Position numbers and translations under genes: made by a program. This document shows, in pieces, positions 28,982 to 41,348 of a DNA stretch of 64,000 bases. The stretch is from Pseudomonadota bacterium (lineage in GTDB: Bacteria; Pseudomonadota; Gammaproteobacteria; Burkholderiales; Burkholderiaceae_D). The DNA is taken from positions 425-64,424 of the forward strand of contig JBEDHZ010000001.1 in assembly GCA_041173845.1 (NCBI GenBank). The letters are read 5' to 3'. A model generated the notes under the pieces. That model saw only the letters and a list, made by a program, of their open reading frames with translations, was not told the origin of the DNA and did no database searches. Positions within the stretch are counted from its first letter, which is position 1, and each line of letters begins with the position of its first letter.

Positions 28982-30151
28982 ATGCGTCGTCTCTGGTTGC
29001 TGTTTGCGCAGGCTGTCACAATTGCCCTTGCATTGTGGTTCATTGTAGCGACCCTAAAGCCTGAATGGCTCGCTAAAAATACGGCGGCGGCGGGGATAGC
29101 ATCCACTCATGTGCCAGTGCTGGAAGCCTCCAGTCCGATCACATCACAGGCCACCTACCGCGAATCAGCGCAACGCGCGATGCCTGCGGTTGTCAATATT
29201 TTTACCACCAAAGAAGCAAAGCAGACAGCACACCCTTTTAACAATGACCCGCTGTTTCGACGTTTTTTTGGTGACGGCTTTGGGCAGGACGAGCGCCAAT
29301 TCAGCTTGGGATCCGGTGTCATCATCAGCCCCGAAGGCTACATACTCACCAATAATCATGTCGTCGAGGCGGCCGATGAAATTGAAGTCGCCCTGGCCGA
29401 TGGACGCAAGGTGTCAGCAAAACTCGTCGGAACCGATCCCGACACGGACTTAGCAGTAATTAAGGTCAACCTAACGGGTTTGCCATCGATAACCTTAGGG
29501 CGCATCGAAGGTACCAAAGTCGGTGATGTAGTTCTAGCTATTGGCAATCCTTTCGGCGTCGGTCAGACCGTCACCATGGGTATTGTGTCTGCCTTGGGGC
29601 GCAATCATCTGGGTATCAACACTTTCGAAAATTTCATCCAGACCGATGCTGCTATTAACCCGGGTAATTCCGGCGGTGCGCTGGTGGATACACAAGGTCA
29701 TCTGCTCGGCATTAATACGGCGATCTATTCACGCAGTGGCGGCTCGCTGGGAATTGGTTTTGCGATTCCTGTGACCACCGTAAAAACGGTGATGGATGCG
29801 ATTATCAAAAACGGTCAGGTAGTACGCGGATGGATCGGAGTTGAACCACAAGACATCACCCCTGAGCTAGCAGAAAGTTTTAGTTTGCAAAAATCCTCAG
29901 GCACCATCATCGCGGGCGTGTTAAAAGGCGGCCCGGCTGACAAAGCAGGCGTTAAACCAGGAGATATTTTGATCTCTGTCGCTGGTAAACCAGTCTCCGA
30001 TACGGTGTCTATGCTCAATCTGGTAGCCCAGCTCAGCCCCGGGGAAACCGTCAAGGTGACGGTATTGCGCAAGTCGCGCGAAACGGTATTCGATTTGACC
30101 GTAGGTCGTCGTCCCCGCATGAAACAACCCCGCTTGCCTCAAGGTGAATAA
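28982..30151 (+). CDS. HtrA/DegS-type serine protease with one PDZ domain
   Basis: N-terminal TM anchor, [22 protein letters not shown]-terminal PDZ. Confidence 0.95.
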   Translation: MRRLWLLFAQAVTIALALWFIVATLKPEWLAKNTAAAGIASTHVPVLEASSPITSQATYRESAQRAMPAVVNIFTTKEAKQTAHPFNNDPLFRRFFGDGFGQDERQFSLGSGVIISPEGYILTNNHVVEAADEIEVALADGRKVSAKLVGTDPDTDLAVIKVNLTGLPSITLGRIEGTKVGDVVLAIGNPFGVGQTVTMGIVSALGRNHLGINTFENFIQTDAAINPGNSGGALVDTQGHLLGINTAIYSRSGGSLGIGFAIPVTTVKTVMDAIIKNGQVVRGWIGVEPQDITPELAESFSLQKSSGTIIAGVLKGGPADKAGVKPGDILISVAGKPVSDTVSMLNLVAQLSPGETVKVTVLRKSRETVFDLTVGRRPRMKQPRLPQGE

Positions 30152-30153
30152 CC

Positions 30154-30834
30154 ATGCACTTGCGCGACTTGGTTCAGTTTTTGGGTGAATTAGAAGAGAA
30201 CAATAATCGCGCATGGTTTGTGATGAACAAACCGCGTTATGACATTCTGCGCGCAGAATTACTCGAGCTAGTGACTGGATTGATTCATGAGATTACACTT
30301 TTCGATCCAGCGATAGCCGGTTGTAATCCTAAAAAAGCGCTGTTTAGAATTAATCGCGATTTGCGATTTGCTCGGGGCCGTCCACCTTACAAAACCACCT
30401 TTTCTGCAGCGATCACAGCCAGTGGCTTAAAAAAACCCAGCCAAGGTGGTGGGCCTGCCTATTATTTTCATATTGATGCACGCGGCAAAATGTTGATTGC
30501 CGGCGGTGAGTATCGCCCACCCGCCGACAGGCTTCGTGCAATACGTAACCATATCGTGAATGACCCGAATGGATTTCGTAAGTTGATGAAAAATGCGAAA
30601 TTAAATTCAGTGTTTGGTGGACTGCAACAAGAAGACAAAACCATACGTATGCCAAAAGGGTTTGATGTCGACTCGCCGAACGCCGATGCTTTGAAGCTAA
30701 AGAGCTATATCGCCTGGCATGAAATCAGCGTACGCACGATGGCGCCTTCGACCTTACCAAAACGATTGTTAGATGATTTCAAAGCGGCCGAAGCACTGGT
30801 GAAATGGCTACGCAGCGCCGGACCAACGTTGTAA
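30154..30834 (+). CDS. DUF2461 family protein
   Basis: L..NNNRAWF...K.RY, FRINRD.RF...R.PYKT, PKGF motifs. Confidence 0.88.
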   Translation: MHLRDLVQFLGELEENNNRAWFVMNKPRYDILRAELLELVTGLIHEITLFDPAIAGCNPKKALFRINRDLRFARGRPPYKTTFSAAITASGLKKPSQGGGPAYYFHIDARGKMLIAGGEYRPPADRLRAIRNHIVNDPNGFRKLMKNAKLNSVFGGLQQEDKTIRMPKGFDVDSPNADALKLKSYIAWHEISVRTMAPSTLPKRLLDDFKAAEALVKWLRSAGPTL

Positions 30835-30870
30835 TTACAGCTGATTAAAGATCTGCCGATGCGGAAGGTA

Positions 30871-31644
30871 TCAGACGGTATCAGACGTATCTTCGGGAGC
30901 CCTGGTGACTCGCTCAAACAGTGGCGCTAACAACAAGCCCACTTCGTACAACAAGCACAATGGCACGGCGAGAAATAGCTGACTCATGATGTCGGGCGGC
31001 GTCACCACTGCAGCAATGACAAACGCGCCAACAATAACGTAGGGTCGTATCGCCTTGAGTTTTTCTACAGTGACCAGACCCATACGAACCAAAACAATAA
31101 CCACCACTGGCACTTCAAAGGTAATGCCAAATGCCAGGCACATGGTTAGTACAAAATCCAAATAATTTTCGATATCGGGCGCTACCGAAATCGACTTGGG
31201 AGCAAAGTCATTAATAAACTTAAAGACTGTCCCAAAAACGAAGTAATAACAAAACCCTACACCGAGCAAAAAGAGCAAAGACGATGAAATAATCAACGGT
31301 GCAACGAGTCGCTTTTCATGCATATAGAGACCAGGCGCTACAAACGCCCACGCTTGATACAACACCCATGGCAGAGAGATCATCAACGCCATCATCATCG
31401 TGACTTTCATAGGCACCATGAAGGGGGTAATCACACCGGTGGCGATCATCTTCGAACCTTCCGGCAAGGAATTCATCATTGGTTGAGCAACGATGTCGTA
31501 CATAGCGGCAGCACCTGGCCATATCGCAAACAAAACGATGAACACCGCCAAAACTACGGCGGAGGCGCGCACCAATCGGGTCCTCAATTCAACCAGATGG
31601 GATATGAAGTTATCTTTGAGACCCGAGAAATTATCGTCAGACAT
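30871..31644 (-). CDS. tatC: Twin-arginine translocase subunit TatC
   Basis: SHLVELRTRL, APGLY..E, FGITFEVP, VTPPDIMSQ. Confidence 0.97.
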   Translation of the reverse strand: MSDDNFSGLKDNFISHLVELRTRLVRASAVVLAVFIVLFAIWPGAAAMYDIVAQPMMNSLPEGSKMIATGVITPFMVPMKVTMMMALMISLPWVLYQAWAFVAPGLYMHEKRLVAPLIISSSLLFLLGVGFCYYFVFGTVFKFINDFAPKSISVAPDIENYLDFVLTMCLAFGITFEVPVVVIVLVRMGLVTVEKLKAIRPYVIVGAFVIAAVVTPPDIMSQLFLAVPLCLLYEVGLLLAPLFERVTRAPEDTSDTV

Positions 31645-31651
31645 TAGGGAG

Positions 31652-31775
31652 ATGCTAATTTATTGTGAATTTTATGGCGAGCCAGCACAGCTGTGCGACG
31701 CAGGGCCAAGTGAATCGAGGGCGAAGCTTCGATCAATTACGGACGAAACATCGCGTTTTTATTCAATAATTGCTT
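31652..31775. repeat. Dispersed ~124-bp MITE/ERIC-like repeat, copy B, filling the tatB-tatC spacer
   Basis: Homologous to 27860-27983; occupies almost the whole 133-nt spacer; TA dinucleotides at 31645-46 and 31779-80 bracket the extended inverted ends. Confidence 0.8.
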
Positions 31776-31777
31776 CC

Positions 31778-32284
31778 TTAACTAAAGAACCTTGCAGGTT
31801 TGCTGCGGCCAGGGCTATAACGAAGTACGCGAGCAGCCGCTGAGATAACGCGCGTACGACGTCCCGTTTTACGCTTGAACCACATCGGCAGTGAAGAATT
31901 CTGAGTCAATTTCTTTTTACGGAAATCACGCTGCTTAGCTGCGATTTCACTTTCACTCGGAACTCGCAAACCTTCATTGACGCCAACAAAGGCCTGATTA
32001 GCTTCGGCAATCGCTTTGCTGAAATCGTGCTCTGCTTCCGCGATATCGTCGGCGACTGACTTATTCAAATCATTGGCTGAGCTGACAATGTTGTCCTGCA
32101 TCTTGCGCAGCTCTTCCATTTGCATTTCGCGATTGACTTCGGCTTTCACCGTGCTGATGTAGCGCTGCGCACGTCCAAACAGAGTCCCGGCCATACGTGC
32201 AACCGCAGGCAATCTCTCAGGACCGATCACCACCAGAGCGACCGCGCCGATCAGGGCAATTTTGGTGAGGCCTAGGTCAATCAT
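31778..32284 (-). CDS. tatB: Twin-arginine translocase subunit TatB
   Basis: MIDLGLTKIALIGAVALVVIGPERLP. Confidence 0.95.
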   Translation of the reverse strand: MIDLGLTKIALIGAVALVVIGPERLPAVARMAGTLFGRAQRYISTVKAEVNREMQMEELRKMQDNIVSSANDLNKSVADDIAEAEHDFSKAIAEANQAFVGVNEGLRVPSESEIAAKQRDFRKKKLTQNSSLPMWFKRKTGRRTRVISAAARVLRYSPGRSKPARFFS

Positions 32285-32354
32285 GGGGATGGAAGCTCAA
32301 AGAATGGCACATCAAACGGTCGCGGTCGACGCGACCGTTGCATAGGCAAGCATC

Positions 32355-32579
32355 TCAGCTCTTGGTTTTTTCGCGTGCTTCGACGTCGATAGTCGATTTA
32401 TCAGCCACATGCGCAGCAGGAGCGGCTGGCTTTTCCTCTTCACCGCCCTTAACCCCATCCTTAAAACCTTTGACCGCCTTGCCCAGGTCCGACCCAATAT
32501 TGCCGAGCTTCTTGGTGCCAAATACCAGCATCACGATGACTAGCACGATGACCCAGTGCCAAATACTGAACGAACCCAT
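32355..32579 (-). CDS. tatA: Twin-arginine translocase subunit TatA
   Basis: [25 protein letters not shown]...[12 protein letters not shown]. Confidence 0.96.
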   Translation of the reverse strand: MGSFSIWHWVIVLVIVMLVFGTKKLGNIGSDLGKAVKGFKDGVKGGEEEKPAAPAAHVADKSTIDVEAREKTKS

Positions 32580-32616
32580 TCTTATCTCCTAGGAATACTT
32601 TGCAAAACCAAGCAAA

Positions 32617-32985
32617 TCAATGCTGACCCTTCCACGGACGCTGACCGCCCATGACATGTAGATGCAGATGGTACACCTCCTGACCACCATCAGGACCAGT
32701 ATTGATGAGCGCCTTAAAGCCACCAGAAGGGCCGTTTGCTGCATCGTCATAACCAGCGCCTAACTGCTGCGCCAACTTTGGTGCCAGCAACATCATTTTA
32801 CCCAACAATGCCTGATGCTTATCGCTGCCATCGGCTAGCGTCGGCAGATGCTCTCTGGGCACAATCAAAAAATGGACTGGGGCCGCTGGGTTGATATCGT
32901 GAAAGGCAATGACTTGCTCGTCTTGGTAGACCATTTTTGCAGGAATAGTACCTGCGGCAATCTTGCAAAAAATGCAGCTATCCAC
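32617..32985 (-). CDS. hinT: HIT family nucleotide-binding protein
   Basis: CIFCKI, FHDINP.AP.H.L, GQEVYHLHLH triad. Confidence 0.93.
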   Translation of the reverse strand: MDSCIFCKIAAGTIPAKMVYQDEQVIAFHDINPAAPVHFLIVPREHLPTLADGSDKHQALLGKMMLLAPKLAQQLGAGYDDAANGPSGGFKALINTGPDGGQEVYHLHLHVMGGQRPWKGQH

Positions 32986-33065
32986 GTTCTAGCTCCTTTT
33001 AATCTTTGTTTTTATCGGTGACTAGCCAACAACTAGCTCAATGCTCAGAAAAATCCGGTTCGAGT

Positions 33066-33434
33066 TTATTTTTGGCGCTCAGCGGCTTCGCGCTGCTGAA
33101 GTTTTCGGTTGGCCATTTCCTCAATGCCGGACAAACCTTCGCGTCTCGCTAACTCATCGAGCACTTGCTGTGGTGTGAGATTGAATTGGGACAGCATGAT
33201 CAAGGAATGAAACCACAAGTCAGCGCATTCATAAACCAGCTTGCTGGCTTCGCTACCATTTCGGACATCCTTAGCCGCCATCACCGTCTCGGTGGCCTCT
33301 TCGCCAATTTTTTTCAGTATCGCGTCATCGCCTTTTTGAAACAGGCGTGAGACATACGATTTCTCGGGATCGCCGCCCGCTTCAAGCTTGCGTGACTCGA
33401 TCACCTCTGACAGACGTTGCAGAATATCGCTCAT
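33066..33434 (-). CDS. hisE: Phosphoribosyl-ATP pyrophosphatase
   Basis: SYV..LF.KG...[18 protein letters not shown]. Confidence 0.96.
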   Translation of the reverse strand: MSDILQRLSEVIESRKLEAGGDPEKSYVSRLFQKGDDAILKKIGEEATETVMAAKDVRNGSEASKLVYECADLWFHSLIMLSQFNLTPQQVLDELARREGLSGIEEMANRKLQQREAAERQK

Positions 33435-33844
33435 TTTTGTTTGTCGTAAATGTCTTCCGGTGCTTTAAGAACAGGGTCTGTCGCTACCCATTCGATCTGC
33501 CCAGCAGTATTTTCAAATTTCTGAAAAAAACAGGAATGCCTTCCTGTATGGCAGGCCAGATCACCCACCTGGGTTACTTTTAACAGCAACACGTCCTCAT
33601 CGCAATCCAGGCGCATCTCATGCACCTGTTGAAAGTGACCTGATTCTTCGCCTTTGTGCCACAACTTTTTGCGCGAGCGGCTCCAGTAAACAGCCTGTCC
33701 AAGCTCGACTGTGCGAGCTAGCGCGTCGCGATTCATCCACGCAAACATCAACACATCATTCGAACCTATTTCCTGAGCAATCACTGGCACCAAACCATTT
33801 TCATCCCACTTGATTCGGTTTAGCCATTTAGCACTTGCAATCAT
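33431..33844 (-). CDS. hisI: Phosphoribosyl-AMP cyclohydrolase
   Basis: [35 protein letters not shown]. Confidence 0.96.
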   Translation of the reverse strand: MIASAKWLNRIKWDENGLVPVIAQEIGSNDVLMFAWMNRDALARTVELGQAVYWSRSRKKLWHKGEESGHFQQVHEMRLDCDEDVLLLKVTQVGDLACHTGRHSCFFQKFENTAGQIEWVATDPVLKAPEDIYDKQK

Positions 33845-34605
33845 ACCAACCTCATCGGAATACCTTGCGCGGCCATGAATTGTTTAGCCTCTCCAACACT
33901 GTGATGCTGATAGTGAAAAATACTAGCGGCAAGTACCGCATCGGCATGGCCCTTGACAATGCCATCGGCCAGATCTTGCAAACCACCGACACCGCCTGAA
34001 GCGATCACTGGTATTGATACCGCATCCGACACCGCACTCGTCAGCGCAAGATCAAATCCTGATCGGGTACCGTCACGATCCATGCTGGTTAAAAGAATTT
34101 CGCCCGCGCCTAAGGCCTGCATTTTGCGCGCCCATTCAACAACATCGAGTCCCGTCGCATTACGTCCGCCGTGGGTAAATACTTCCCAGTGGCCGGCATG
34201 ACTGCGCTTGGCATCAATCGCCACGACGATACATTGCGAGCCATATTTTTTCGCGGCGTCCTGTACCAACTGGGGATTTGTGACCGCCGAAGTATTGATG
34301 CTGACTTTGTCTGCGCCTGCATTCAGTAATCGTCGCACGTCATCGACGACGCGTACACCACCACCAACGGTGAGCGGAATAAATACTTGAGAGGCTACTG
34401 CCTCGATGATGTGGAGTATTAAATCTCGGTCGTCAGATGACGCGGTGATATCCAAAAAGGTGATTTCATCGGCGCCCTGCTCATCGTAGCGACGCGCGAT
34501 CTCTACCGGGTCACCCGCATCGCGCAGTTCAACGAAATTCACACCCTTAACCACCCGCCCGGCAGTGACGTCCAGGCAGGGGATGATACGTTTGGCGAGT
34601 GTCAT
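33841..34605 (-). CDS. hisF: Imidazole glycerol phosphate synthase, cyclase subunit
   Basis: [39 protein letters not shown]-type tail. Start trimmed to ATG 34605. Confidence 0.97.
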   Translation of the reverse strand: MTLAKRIIPCLDVTAGRVVKGVNFVELRDAGDPVEIARRYDEQGADEITFLDITASSDDRDLILHIIEAVASQVFIPLTVGGGVRVVDDVRRLLNAGADKVSINTSAVTNPQLVQDAAKKYGSQCIVVAIDAKRSHAGHWEVFTHGGRNATGLDVVEWARKMQALGAGEILLTSMDRDGTRSGFDLALTSAVSDAVSIPVIASGGVGGLQDLADGIVKGHADAVLAASIFHYQHHSVGEAKQFMAAQGIPMRLV

Positions 34606-34606
34606 C

Positions 34607-35389
34607 TTAGTCTTCTTCGTCGATCTCGCCGGTGAGAAGATCAGCACGGTCTTGCGCCTTTTGCAGATCAAGCGTTCCTTCGTAAATCGAACGACCACAG
34701 ATCACGCCCTCAATACCTTCATCCTGAACTGCACAAAGCGCTTCGACATCCTTGATGTCGTGCACACCACCCGAAGCAATCACGGGAATGGTCATGCTCT
34801 GCGCCAGTTTGACGGTGGCCTCAATATTTACGCCCTTCATCATGCCGTCGCGGCCAATGTCGGTGTAGACAATCGCCTCACAACCATAGTCTTCAAATTT
34901 TTTCGCTAGATCGATGACTTCGTGGCCGGATAATTTACTCCAGCCATCAGTCGCCACTTTTCCATCTTTCGCATCCAGCCCGACGATGATTTGGCCCGGA
35001 AAGGCGCTACAGGCATCGTGAAGAAATCCAGGGTTTTTCACCGCCGCGGTGCCAATGATGATGTAGGAAAGACCACCATCAAGATAGCGTTCGATGGTGT
35101 CTAAATCGCGTATGCCACCGCCCAGTTGTACGGGAATTTCGTCTATTCCGTACTCATCAGCATACTCACGCACGGCGGCAATAATGGCTTTGATGGCCGG
35201 CTCGTTTTTGGGCTTACCCGCAAACGCTCCATTTAAATCCACCAGATGCAGGCGTCGGGCACCCTGCTGTAACCAGTGGCGCGCCATGTCGGCTGGGTTT
35301 TCAGAGAATACGGTGACCTGGTCCATATCGCCTTGTTTGAGGCGAACGCACTGGCCGTCCTTGAGATCGATTGCGGGTATGAGCAGCAT
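34607..35389 (-). CDS. hisA: ProFAR isomerase
   Basis: [45 protein letters not shown]. Confidence 0.97.
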   Translation of the reverse strand: MLLIPAIDLKDGQCVRLKQGDMDQVTVFSENPADMARHWLQQGARRLHLVDLNGAFAGKPKNEPAIKAIIAAVREYADEYGIDEIPVQLGGGIRDLDTIERYLDGGLSYIIIGTAAVKNPGFLHDACSAFPGQIIVGLDAKDGKVATDGWSKLSGHEVIDLAKKFEDYGCEAIVYTDIGRDGMMKGVNIEATVKLAQSMTIPVIASGGVHDIKDVEALCAVQDEGIEGVICGRSIYEGTLDLQKAQDRADLLTGEIDEED

Positions 35390-35451
35390 GGCTACTGTGA
35401 GATCACTGAGAGGATGGTTGGGTTAGTGAGATCAGCGTTAGTCGCCGCGGC

Positions 35452-36090
35452 TCATGGATTCCAATGTACAAAATTTTTATAAAGCTGCAAACCAGCAGAC
35501 GCACTTTTTTCGGGGTGAAACTGGGTAGCAAAAATATTATCCCTTCCCGCGGCACAGCAAAATGGCAAACCATAAACAGTTTCGCCTAGCGCATGGTCCA
35601 TTTGGTCGGGAACCGCATAATAACTGTGAACGAAATAAAAATAACTACCATCGGCAACTCCATCCCAAATCGGATGGGGTTTACGTTGCCGAACTTGATT
35701 CCAGCCCATCTGCGGCACTTTGAATCTGGAGCCATCCGGTTGGATCTGGCCGTCCAGCTGGAACTTCACCACTTTACCGGGCAACAGACCCAGACAACGG
35801 GCATCGCCTTCCTCGCTGGAATCGAACAGCATCTGTTCACCGACGCACACGCCAAAAAGGGGCTTATTGCGCACTGCCTCCATTAAAGCTTCAAGCAGAC
35901 CAGAATCTCGTAATGATTGCATACAATCCGGCATCGCTCCCTGCCCGGGCAAGACGATGCGATCTGCAGCGCGAATCGCGTCCGCCTCAGCAGAGACAGT
36001 CACCTCAGCCTCTGGCGCGACATGCATTAGGGCCTGCGCTACCGATCGCAGATTGCCCATGCCGTAATCAACCACCACAATCTTATTCAT
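35452..36090 (-). CDS. hisH: Imidazole glycerol phosphate synthase, amidotransferase subunit
   Basis: [34 protein letters not shown]. Confidence 0.96.
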   Translation of the reverse strand: MNKIVVVDYGMGNLRSVAQALMHVAPEAEVTVSAEADAIRAADRIVLPGQGAMPDCMQSLRDSGLLEALMEAVRNKPLFGVCVGEQMLFDSSEEGDARCLGLLPGKVVKFQLDGQIQPDGSRFKVPQMGWNQVRQRKPHPIWDGVADGSYFYFVHSYYAVPDQMDHALGETVYGLPFCCAAGRDNIFATQFHPEKSASAGLQLYKNFVHWNP

Positions 36091-36139
36091 GAAATCGCTT
36101 AACGCTTGCGCGGTTCAGTAGGCCCGTTGAACAACGTGT

Positions 36140-36730
36140 TTAGAGGCTGCCCTTGGTCGAGGGAATAGTTCCAGCAGCACGCGAATCAAGCTCAGCGGCC
36201 ATGCGCAATGCACGACCAAACGCCTTGAATACAGTTTCACACTGGTGATGAGCGTTTTCACCACGCAAATTATCAATATGCAGCGTCATCAGCGCATGGT
36301 TAACGAAGCCCTGAAAAAATTCATGCGTGAGATCAACATCAAAGCTGCCAATCATAGAGCGCTTGAATGGAACGTGAAATTCCAAACCTGGACGACCCGA
36401 AAAATCAATCACCACACGCGACAAAGCTTCGTCTAACGGCACATAAGCATGCCCGTAGCGACGAATACCTTTTTTGTCACCCATAGCCTTCGCAAAAGCT
36501 TGACCGAGAGTGATACCCACATCTTCCACCGTGTGGTGAGCATCAATATGTAAGTCACCTTTGGCACTGATATCGAGATCGATCAACCCATGGCGCGCAA
36601 TTTGATCGAGCATGTGATCAAGAAAAGGCACACCCGTATTGAGTTTCTGCTGACCGGTGCCATCGATATTAATGGCCACCCGAATCTGGGTTTCGTTGGT
36701 ATCGCGAACCACTTCTGCTGTACGTGCCAT
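36140..36730 (-). CDS. hisB: Imidazoleglycerol-phosphate dehydratase
   Basis: [34 protein letters not shown]. Confidence 0.97.
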   Translation of the reverse strand: MARTAEVVRDTNETQIRVAINIDGTGQQKLNTGVPFLDHMLDQIARHGLIDLDISAKGDLHIDAHHTVEDVGITLGQAFAKAMGDKKGIRRYGHAYVPLDEALSRVVIDFSGRPGLEFHVPFKRSMIGSFDVDLTHEFFQGFVNHALMTLHIDNLRGENAHHQCETVFKAFGRALRMAAELDSRAAGTIPSTKGSL

Positions 36731-36743
36731 GGCTAGAATAATG

Positions 36744-37832
36744 TCAGGAATTCAGACTAGATTTAAGGGCCGCCAAAAAGACAGCGTTCTCGGCGGGCGT
36801 GCTCACGGTCACCCGTAAGCAGTTCTCGAGTAAAGAATGCATTTTACCGACATTTTTTACCAACACCTTTTGGGCTAGCAGGCGCTCGAATATCTGAGTG
36901 CCCGTCAAACCATTTTTAGTAACGCGGAAAAGAATGAAATTGGCCGCTGAAGGAAACGCCTCAACTCCCTCCATCTCAGACAAACTTGATAGCATCACCT
37001 CGCGCTCAGCGCGAATCGCTGATGCCTGCGCATCCAACACGTCTGTATGCTCCAACATGAAACCTGCCGTGACTTCGGTCAGCACATTCACGTTATAAGG
37101 CGGACGCACTTTATCGAATTCATTTAACAACGCCTGCGAAGCGGACATGTAGCCAAGCCGTATACCTGCCAAGCCCAGCTTTGAAACGGTACGCATGACA
37201 ATTAAATTATCGAACTCTGGCAATTTCGACATAAAACTATCGCCAGCAAACGGTTGATACGCTTCGTCAACAATCACCAATCCAGTATCACCCACTTCGC
37301 GAATAATCTCCAACATGGCTTGCGTATCAAAAAGATTGCCCGTCGGGTTATTCGGATACGCTAGATACGTAATCGCCGGACGATGCTCACGTATCGCAGC
37401 AAGCATCGCTTGCAAATCGAGAGTGAGATCTTTTTTCAGCGGTACGCCTATGAATTCAAGGCCAGCGAATTGCGCTGACATCGCATACATCACAAAACCA
37501 GGTACAGGCGCGAGCACTTTCGCGCCCGGTTTTGCACACGCTACTGAAACGATACTAATTAATTCATCCGAGCCATTGCCTAGCACCACATCCCAACCCG
37601 CAGGCACGCCCTGCTTGGCGCAAATGGCTGCCTTTAATTTTGCATAGGTCGGTACAGGATAACGATTGAGTGCTGCCGATCCCAGTCGACGACCCAGCTC
37701 CTGTTGAAGCTCAGGCGTTAGCGTGTAGGGATTTTCCATGGCATCCAGTTTTACAAAACCAGAGGCATCGGGTACGTGATAAGCGGAGAGTGCGCGCACA
37801 TCGGCGCGAATAATATTTTTGCTGACTGTCAT
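36744..37832 (-). CDS. hisC: Histidinol-phosphate aminotransferase
   Basis: [40 protein letters not shown]. Confidence 0.96.
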   Translation of the reverse strand: MTVSKNIIRADVRALSAYHVPDASGFVKLDAMENPYTLTPELQQELGRRLGSAALNRYPVPTYAKLKAAICAKQGVPAGWDVVLGNGSDELISIVSVACAKPGAKVLAPVPGFVMYAMSAQFAGLEFIGVPLKKDLTLDLQAMLAAIREHRPAITYLAYPNNPTGNLFDTQAMLEIIREVGDTGLVIVDEAYQPFAGDSFMSKLPEFDNLIVMRTVSKLGLAGIRLGYMSASQALLNEFDKVRPPYNVNVLTEVTAGFMLEHTDVLDAQASAIRAEREVMLSSLSEMEGVEAFPSAANFILFRVTKNGLTGTQIFERLLAQKVLVKNVGKMHSLLENCLRVTVSTPAENAVFLAALKSSLNS

Positions 37833-37839
37833 GTGAAAC

Positions 37840-39153
37840 TCATTTCAACCGTAGTTCGGCAGAGCGTGCGTGCGCTGGCAATCCTTCGCCATACGCGAGT
37901 TCAGCTGCGATAACGCCTAAGGTCTGCGCACCGGATTGGCTCACATGAATAATCGATGAGCGCTTTTGAAAATCATACACGCCCAGTGGTGATGAAAAAC
38001 GTGCAGTGCGCGACGTTGGCAGCACGTGATTCGGACCCGCGCAATAATCTCCGAGCGACTCCGATGAAAATTTACCCAAAAACATAGCACCTGCATGGCG
38101 AATCTTATCGGCCCATTGCTGTGGCTGCTCAGCTGAAATTTCCAAATGCTCTGCTGCTATCGTATTGGCGATGTCACAGGCTTCATTCATGTCGCGCACT
38201 TTGACTAAAGCGCCTCGATCCGTGAGTGACACACGAATCACATCGCGTCTAGGCATATCAGCCAGCAACTTATTCACACTCGCTTGAACGCGCTTTAAAT
38301 AATCAGCGTCCGGACACACAAGTATGGATTGCGCCAACTCGTCATGCTCAGCTTGTGAAAACAAATCCATCGCCACCCAATCCGGATCGGTACTACCATC
38401 AGCAAGAATTAGAATTTCAGATGGGCCGGCAATCATATCGATGCCCACCACACCAAATACGCGACGCTTAGCAGCAGCCACGTAGGCGTTACCCGGCCCG
38501 ACAATTTTATCGACCTGCGGTATGGTCGCTGTGCCATACGCAAGAGCAGCGACTGCCTGCGCCCCACCAATAGTAAACACGCGATCAACTCCGGCAATCT
38601 CCGCAGCAGCCAACACTAAAGAATTTTTTACACCATCGGGCGTCGGCACCACCATGATGATTTCGCCCACGCCAGCCACTTTCGCCGGAATCGCATTCAT
38701 CAAGACTGATGATGGATAGGCGGCCTTACCGCCGGGGACATAGATACCGACCTTGTCGAGCGCTGTCACTTTTTGTCCCAACACCGTGCCATCCGCTTCG
38801 GTGAAAAGAAATCCATCCGAGCCGCATTCTTTTTTTTGCCGCTCATGATAGGCACGCACTCGATCGGCCGCCTGCTGCAACGCATGACGACGTGCTTCAG
38901 GCAATCCAGCTAATGCTGCTTGTCTTTCAGCGCGTGGGATTTCAAGTACCTGAACGCTGGATGCATTAAGCCGATCAAACTTATTGGTGTAATCAAGTAA
39001 GGCAGCATCACCCCGCTGACGAACTTGGGCAATGATATCGGCTGCGACGCGATCAATCGCCTCATCTTCAGAAGCCTCAAAGGCCAGCACAGCCATTAGC
39101 TTCTGGTGAAAATCGCGCTCTGTAGAATCAAGTTGACGTATAACGACGGACAT
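37840..39153 (-). CDS. hisD: Histidinol dehydrogenase
   Basis: [42 protein letters not shown]. Confidence 0.97.
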   Translation of the reverse strand: MSVVIRQLDSTERDFHQKLMAVLAFEASEDEAIDRVAADIIAQVRQRGDAALLDYTNKFDRLNASSVQVLEIPRAERQAALAGLPEARRHALQQAADRVRAYHERQKKECGSDGFLFTEADGTVLGQKVTALDKVGIYVPGGKAAYPSSVLMNAIPAKVAGVGEIIMVVPTPDGVKNSLVLAAAEIAGVDRVFTIGGAQAVAALAYGTATIPQVDKIVGPGNAYVAAAKRRVFGVVGIDMIAGPSEILILADGSTDPDWVAMDLFSQAEHDELAQSILVCPDADYLKRVQASVNKLLADMPRRDVIRVSLTDRGALVKVRDMNEACDIANTIAAEHLEISAEQPQQWADKIRHAGAMFLGKFSSESLGDYCAGPNHVLPTSRTARFSSPLGVYDFQKRSSIIHVSQSGAQTLGVIAAELAYGEGLPAHARSAELRLK

Positions 39154-39156
39154 AAA

Positions 39157-39813
39157 TTATTTTTCGCTGCGTGATGCACGATCAAACGCATCAATGATCG
39201 ACTGCAGTTTTTCTCGTTTAAGTTTTAATGCGGCTCGGTTGACGACTAAGCGTGCTGAGATATCCATGATGTGCTCAACTTCAACCAAGTTATTCGCACG
39301 CAAGGTACTGCCCGTCGACACTAAATCAACAATCGCATCGGATAAACCCACCAATGGACCTAACTCCATCGAACCATACAACTTAATCAAATCAACGTGC
39401 ACACCTTTTTCGGCGAAGTGTTCACGTGCGACCTGAACGTACTTAGTCGCCACTCGCAAGCGCGCACCCTGACGCACCGCGTTGGCATAATCAAAACCTG
39501 CATGCACTGCGACTGACATTCGGCATTTAGCGATGTTTAAATCAATCGGCTGATACAAGCCTTCGCCGCCATGTTCGAGCAGCACGTCTTTGCCAGCAAC
39601 ACCGAAATCAGCGGCGCCGTATTGCACATACGTGGGCACATCGGAAGCACGAACGATCACCACGCGTATCTGCGGATCGCTAGTGGGCAAAATTAATTTG
39701 CGAGATTTTTCCGGATCTTCAGTCACCTCAATGCCGGCTGCTTTAAGCAAAGGCAGGGTCTCTTCAAAGATGCGGCCCTTGGATAGCGCAAGTGTGATGG
39801 TCTGGTCCGTCAT
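39157..39813 (-). CDS. hisG: ATP phosphoribosyltransferase, short form (needs HisZ, which is not in the window)
   Basis: ALSKGR, R..DVPTYV..G.AD.G..GKD.L.E, ATKY, GSME; 218 aa with no C-terminal regulatory domain. Confidence 0.96.
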   Translation of the reverse strand: MTDQTITLALSKGRIFEETLPLLKAAGIEVTEDPEKSRKLILPTSDPQIRVVIVRASDVPTYVQYGAADFGVAGKDVLLEHGGEGLYQPIDLNIAKCRMSVAVHAGFDYANAVRQGARLRVATKYVQVAREHFAEKGVHVDLIKLYGSMELGPLVGLSDAIVDLVSTGSTLRANNLVEVEHIMDISARLVVNRAALKLKREKLQSIIDAFDRASRSEK

Positions 39814-41060
39814 TTGATTCTCTGTATGTCTGCACCAACGGCTGATAGTTTGGCTTCCATCCTATCGTAACCACGATCCAGATGATAAATGCGGTCTACC
39901 AGTGTCTGCCCTTCAGCAGCGAGGCCGGCAATCACCAAGGAAGCAGAAGCTCGCAAATCGGTTGCCATTACCGGCGCTCCAACCAATCTCGGTACACCGT
40001 TGATGATGGCAGTATGTCCATCGATGTCAATTAATGCGCCCAGGCGGTTGAGTTCCTGAACATGCATGTAACGGTTTTCGAAAATAGTCTCTGTCACTCG
40101 ACTCGTACCCTCGGCCACACAATTAAGCGCCATGACCTGAGCTTGCATATCGGTGGGGAATCCGGGGTATTCGGTGGTGCGGAAATTGACAGCTTTGGGG
40201 CGAGTCGACATTTGAACTCGAATCCAATCGTCGCCACTGGTCATAACGACACCCGCCTCGCGCAGTTTATCAACCACCGCATCCAGCAAATCGGCGCGCG
40301 TATGCCTGAGTGTTACATCACCACCGGCCGCTGCAACCGCACACAAAAACGTACCCGTTTCGATACGGTCCGCAATCACGGCATGTGAAGCACCATGCAA
40401 CGCTGGAACGCCCATCACACGCAAACAATCAGTACCGATACCTTCAATGCGCGCACCCATAGCAACCAACAAATTAGCTAAATCAGTGACCTCAGGTTCA
40501 CGCGCAGCGTTTTCAAGTACCGTCTCACCTTCAGCAAGCGTGGCAGCCATCAGCAAATTTTCGGTGCCGGTGACGGTAATCATGTCAGTAACTATGCGCG
40601 TACCTTTGAGCTTTTTAGCGCGCGCATGAATGTAACCGGCTTCGATACGTATTTCGGCACCCATCGCCTGCAAGCCTTTGATGTGCTGATCGACAGGACG
40701 CGAACCAATCGCACAACCGCCCGGCAATGAAACCTTCGCTTCACCAAAACGTGCCAGCAACGGGCCCAGTACAAGAATCGATGCGCGCATCGTCTTCACC
40801 ATCTCATACGGCGCCTCGAGACGATTGATATCGCGACCACACAACTCCGTCACGCCCTCTTTTGCTTGTACTGATAGTCCCATTTGCACTAGCAGTTTCT
40901 GCATAGTGGCTACGTCTTGAAGCTTGGGCACATTCGATAAAGCCAGCGTATCCGCTGTGAGCAAACCCGCGCACAAGATAGGCAGTGCGGCATTCTTTGC
41001 ACCAGAAACGGTAATCTCCCCCGAGAGACGCTTACCGCCGGTAATAACAAGTTTGTCCAT
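39810..41060 (-). CDS. murA: UDP-N-acetylglucosamine 1-carboxyvinyltransferase
   Basis: [45 protein letters not shown]. Confidence 0.98.
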   Translation of the reverse strand: MDKLVITGGKRLSGEITVSGAKNAALPILCAGLLTADTLALSNVPKLQDVATMQKLLVQMGLSVQAKEGVTELCGRDINRLEAPYEMVKTMRASILVLGPLLARFGEAKVSLPGGCAIGSRPVDQHIKGLQAMGAEIRIEAGYIHARAKKLKGTRIVTDMITVTGTENLLMAATLAEGETVLENAAREPEVTDLANLLVAMGARIEGIGTDCLRVMGVPALHGASHAVIADRIETGTFLCAVAAAGGDVTLRHTRADLLDAVVDKLREAGVVMTSGDDWIRVQMSTRPKAVNFRTTEYPGFPTDMQAQVMALNCVAEGTSRVTETIFENRYMHVQELNRLGALIDIDGHTAIINGVPRLVGAPVMATDLRASASLVIAGLAAEGQTLVDRIYHLDRGYDRMEAKLSAVGADIQRIK

Positions 41061-41296
41061 TACGACTGATGCTCTTCCGGTGTGAGAGTTTTCATAGACA
41101 GCGCATGGATCTCTTCGCGCATACGATCACCCAACGCTGCATACACCAATTGATGGCGTTGAATTAATCGCTTACCAGCAAATGCGGGCGATACGATGAG
41201 TGCAGTGAAATGCTGACCATCACCGTCGACTTCTAAATGCGTGCACTCGAGTCCGTTAGCGATGTAGTCTTTAATTCGTTCAGGTGTAGGCAACAC
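41060..41296 (-). CDS. BolA/IbaG family protein
   Basis: [26 protein letters not shown]. Start is GTG 41296 or TTG 41293; usual position upstream of murA. Confidence 0.92.
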   Translation of the reverse strand: MLPTPERIKDYIANGLECTHLEVDGDGQHFTALIVSPAFAGKRLIQRHQLVYAALGDRMREEIHALSMKTLTPEEHQS

Positions 41297-41348
41297 GGTG
41301 TACCTTTGTAAAAATCCGAAAAATAAATTTTGCAGCGGTAAATACAGA

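Noticed and set aside
35397-35434. GTGAGATCA direct repeat in the hisH-hisA spacer
   Set aside because: Only two 9-bp copies with no supporting structure; this can occur by chance.
39157-39813. Truncated hisG
   Set aside because: Short-form HisG that works with HisZ encoded elsewhere is normal in this group.
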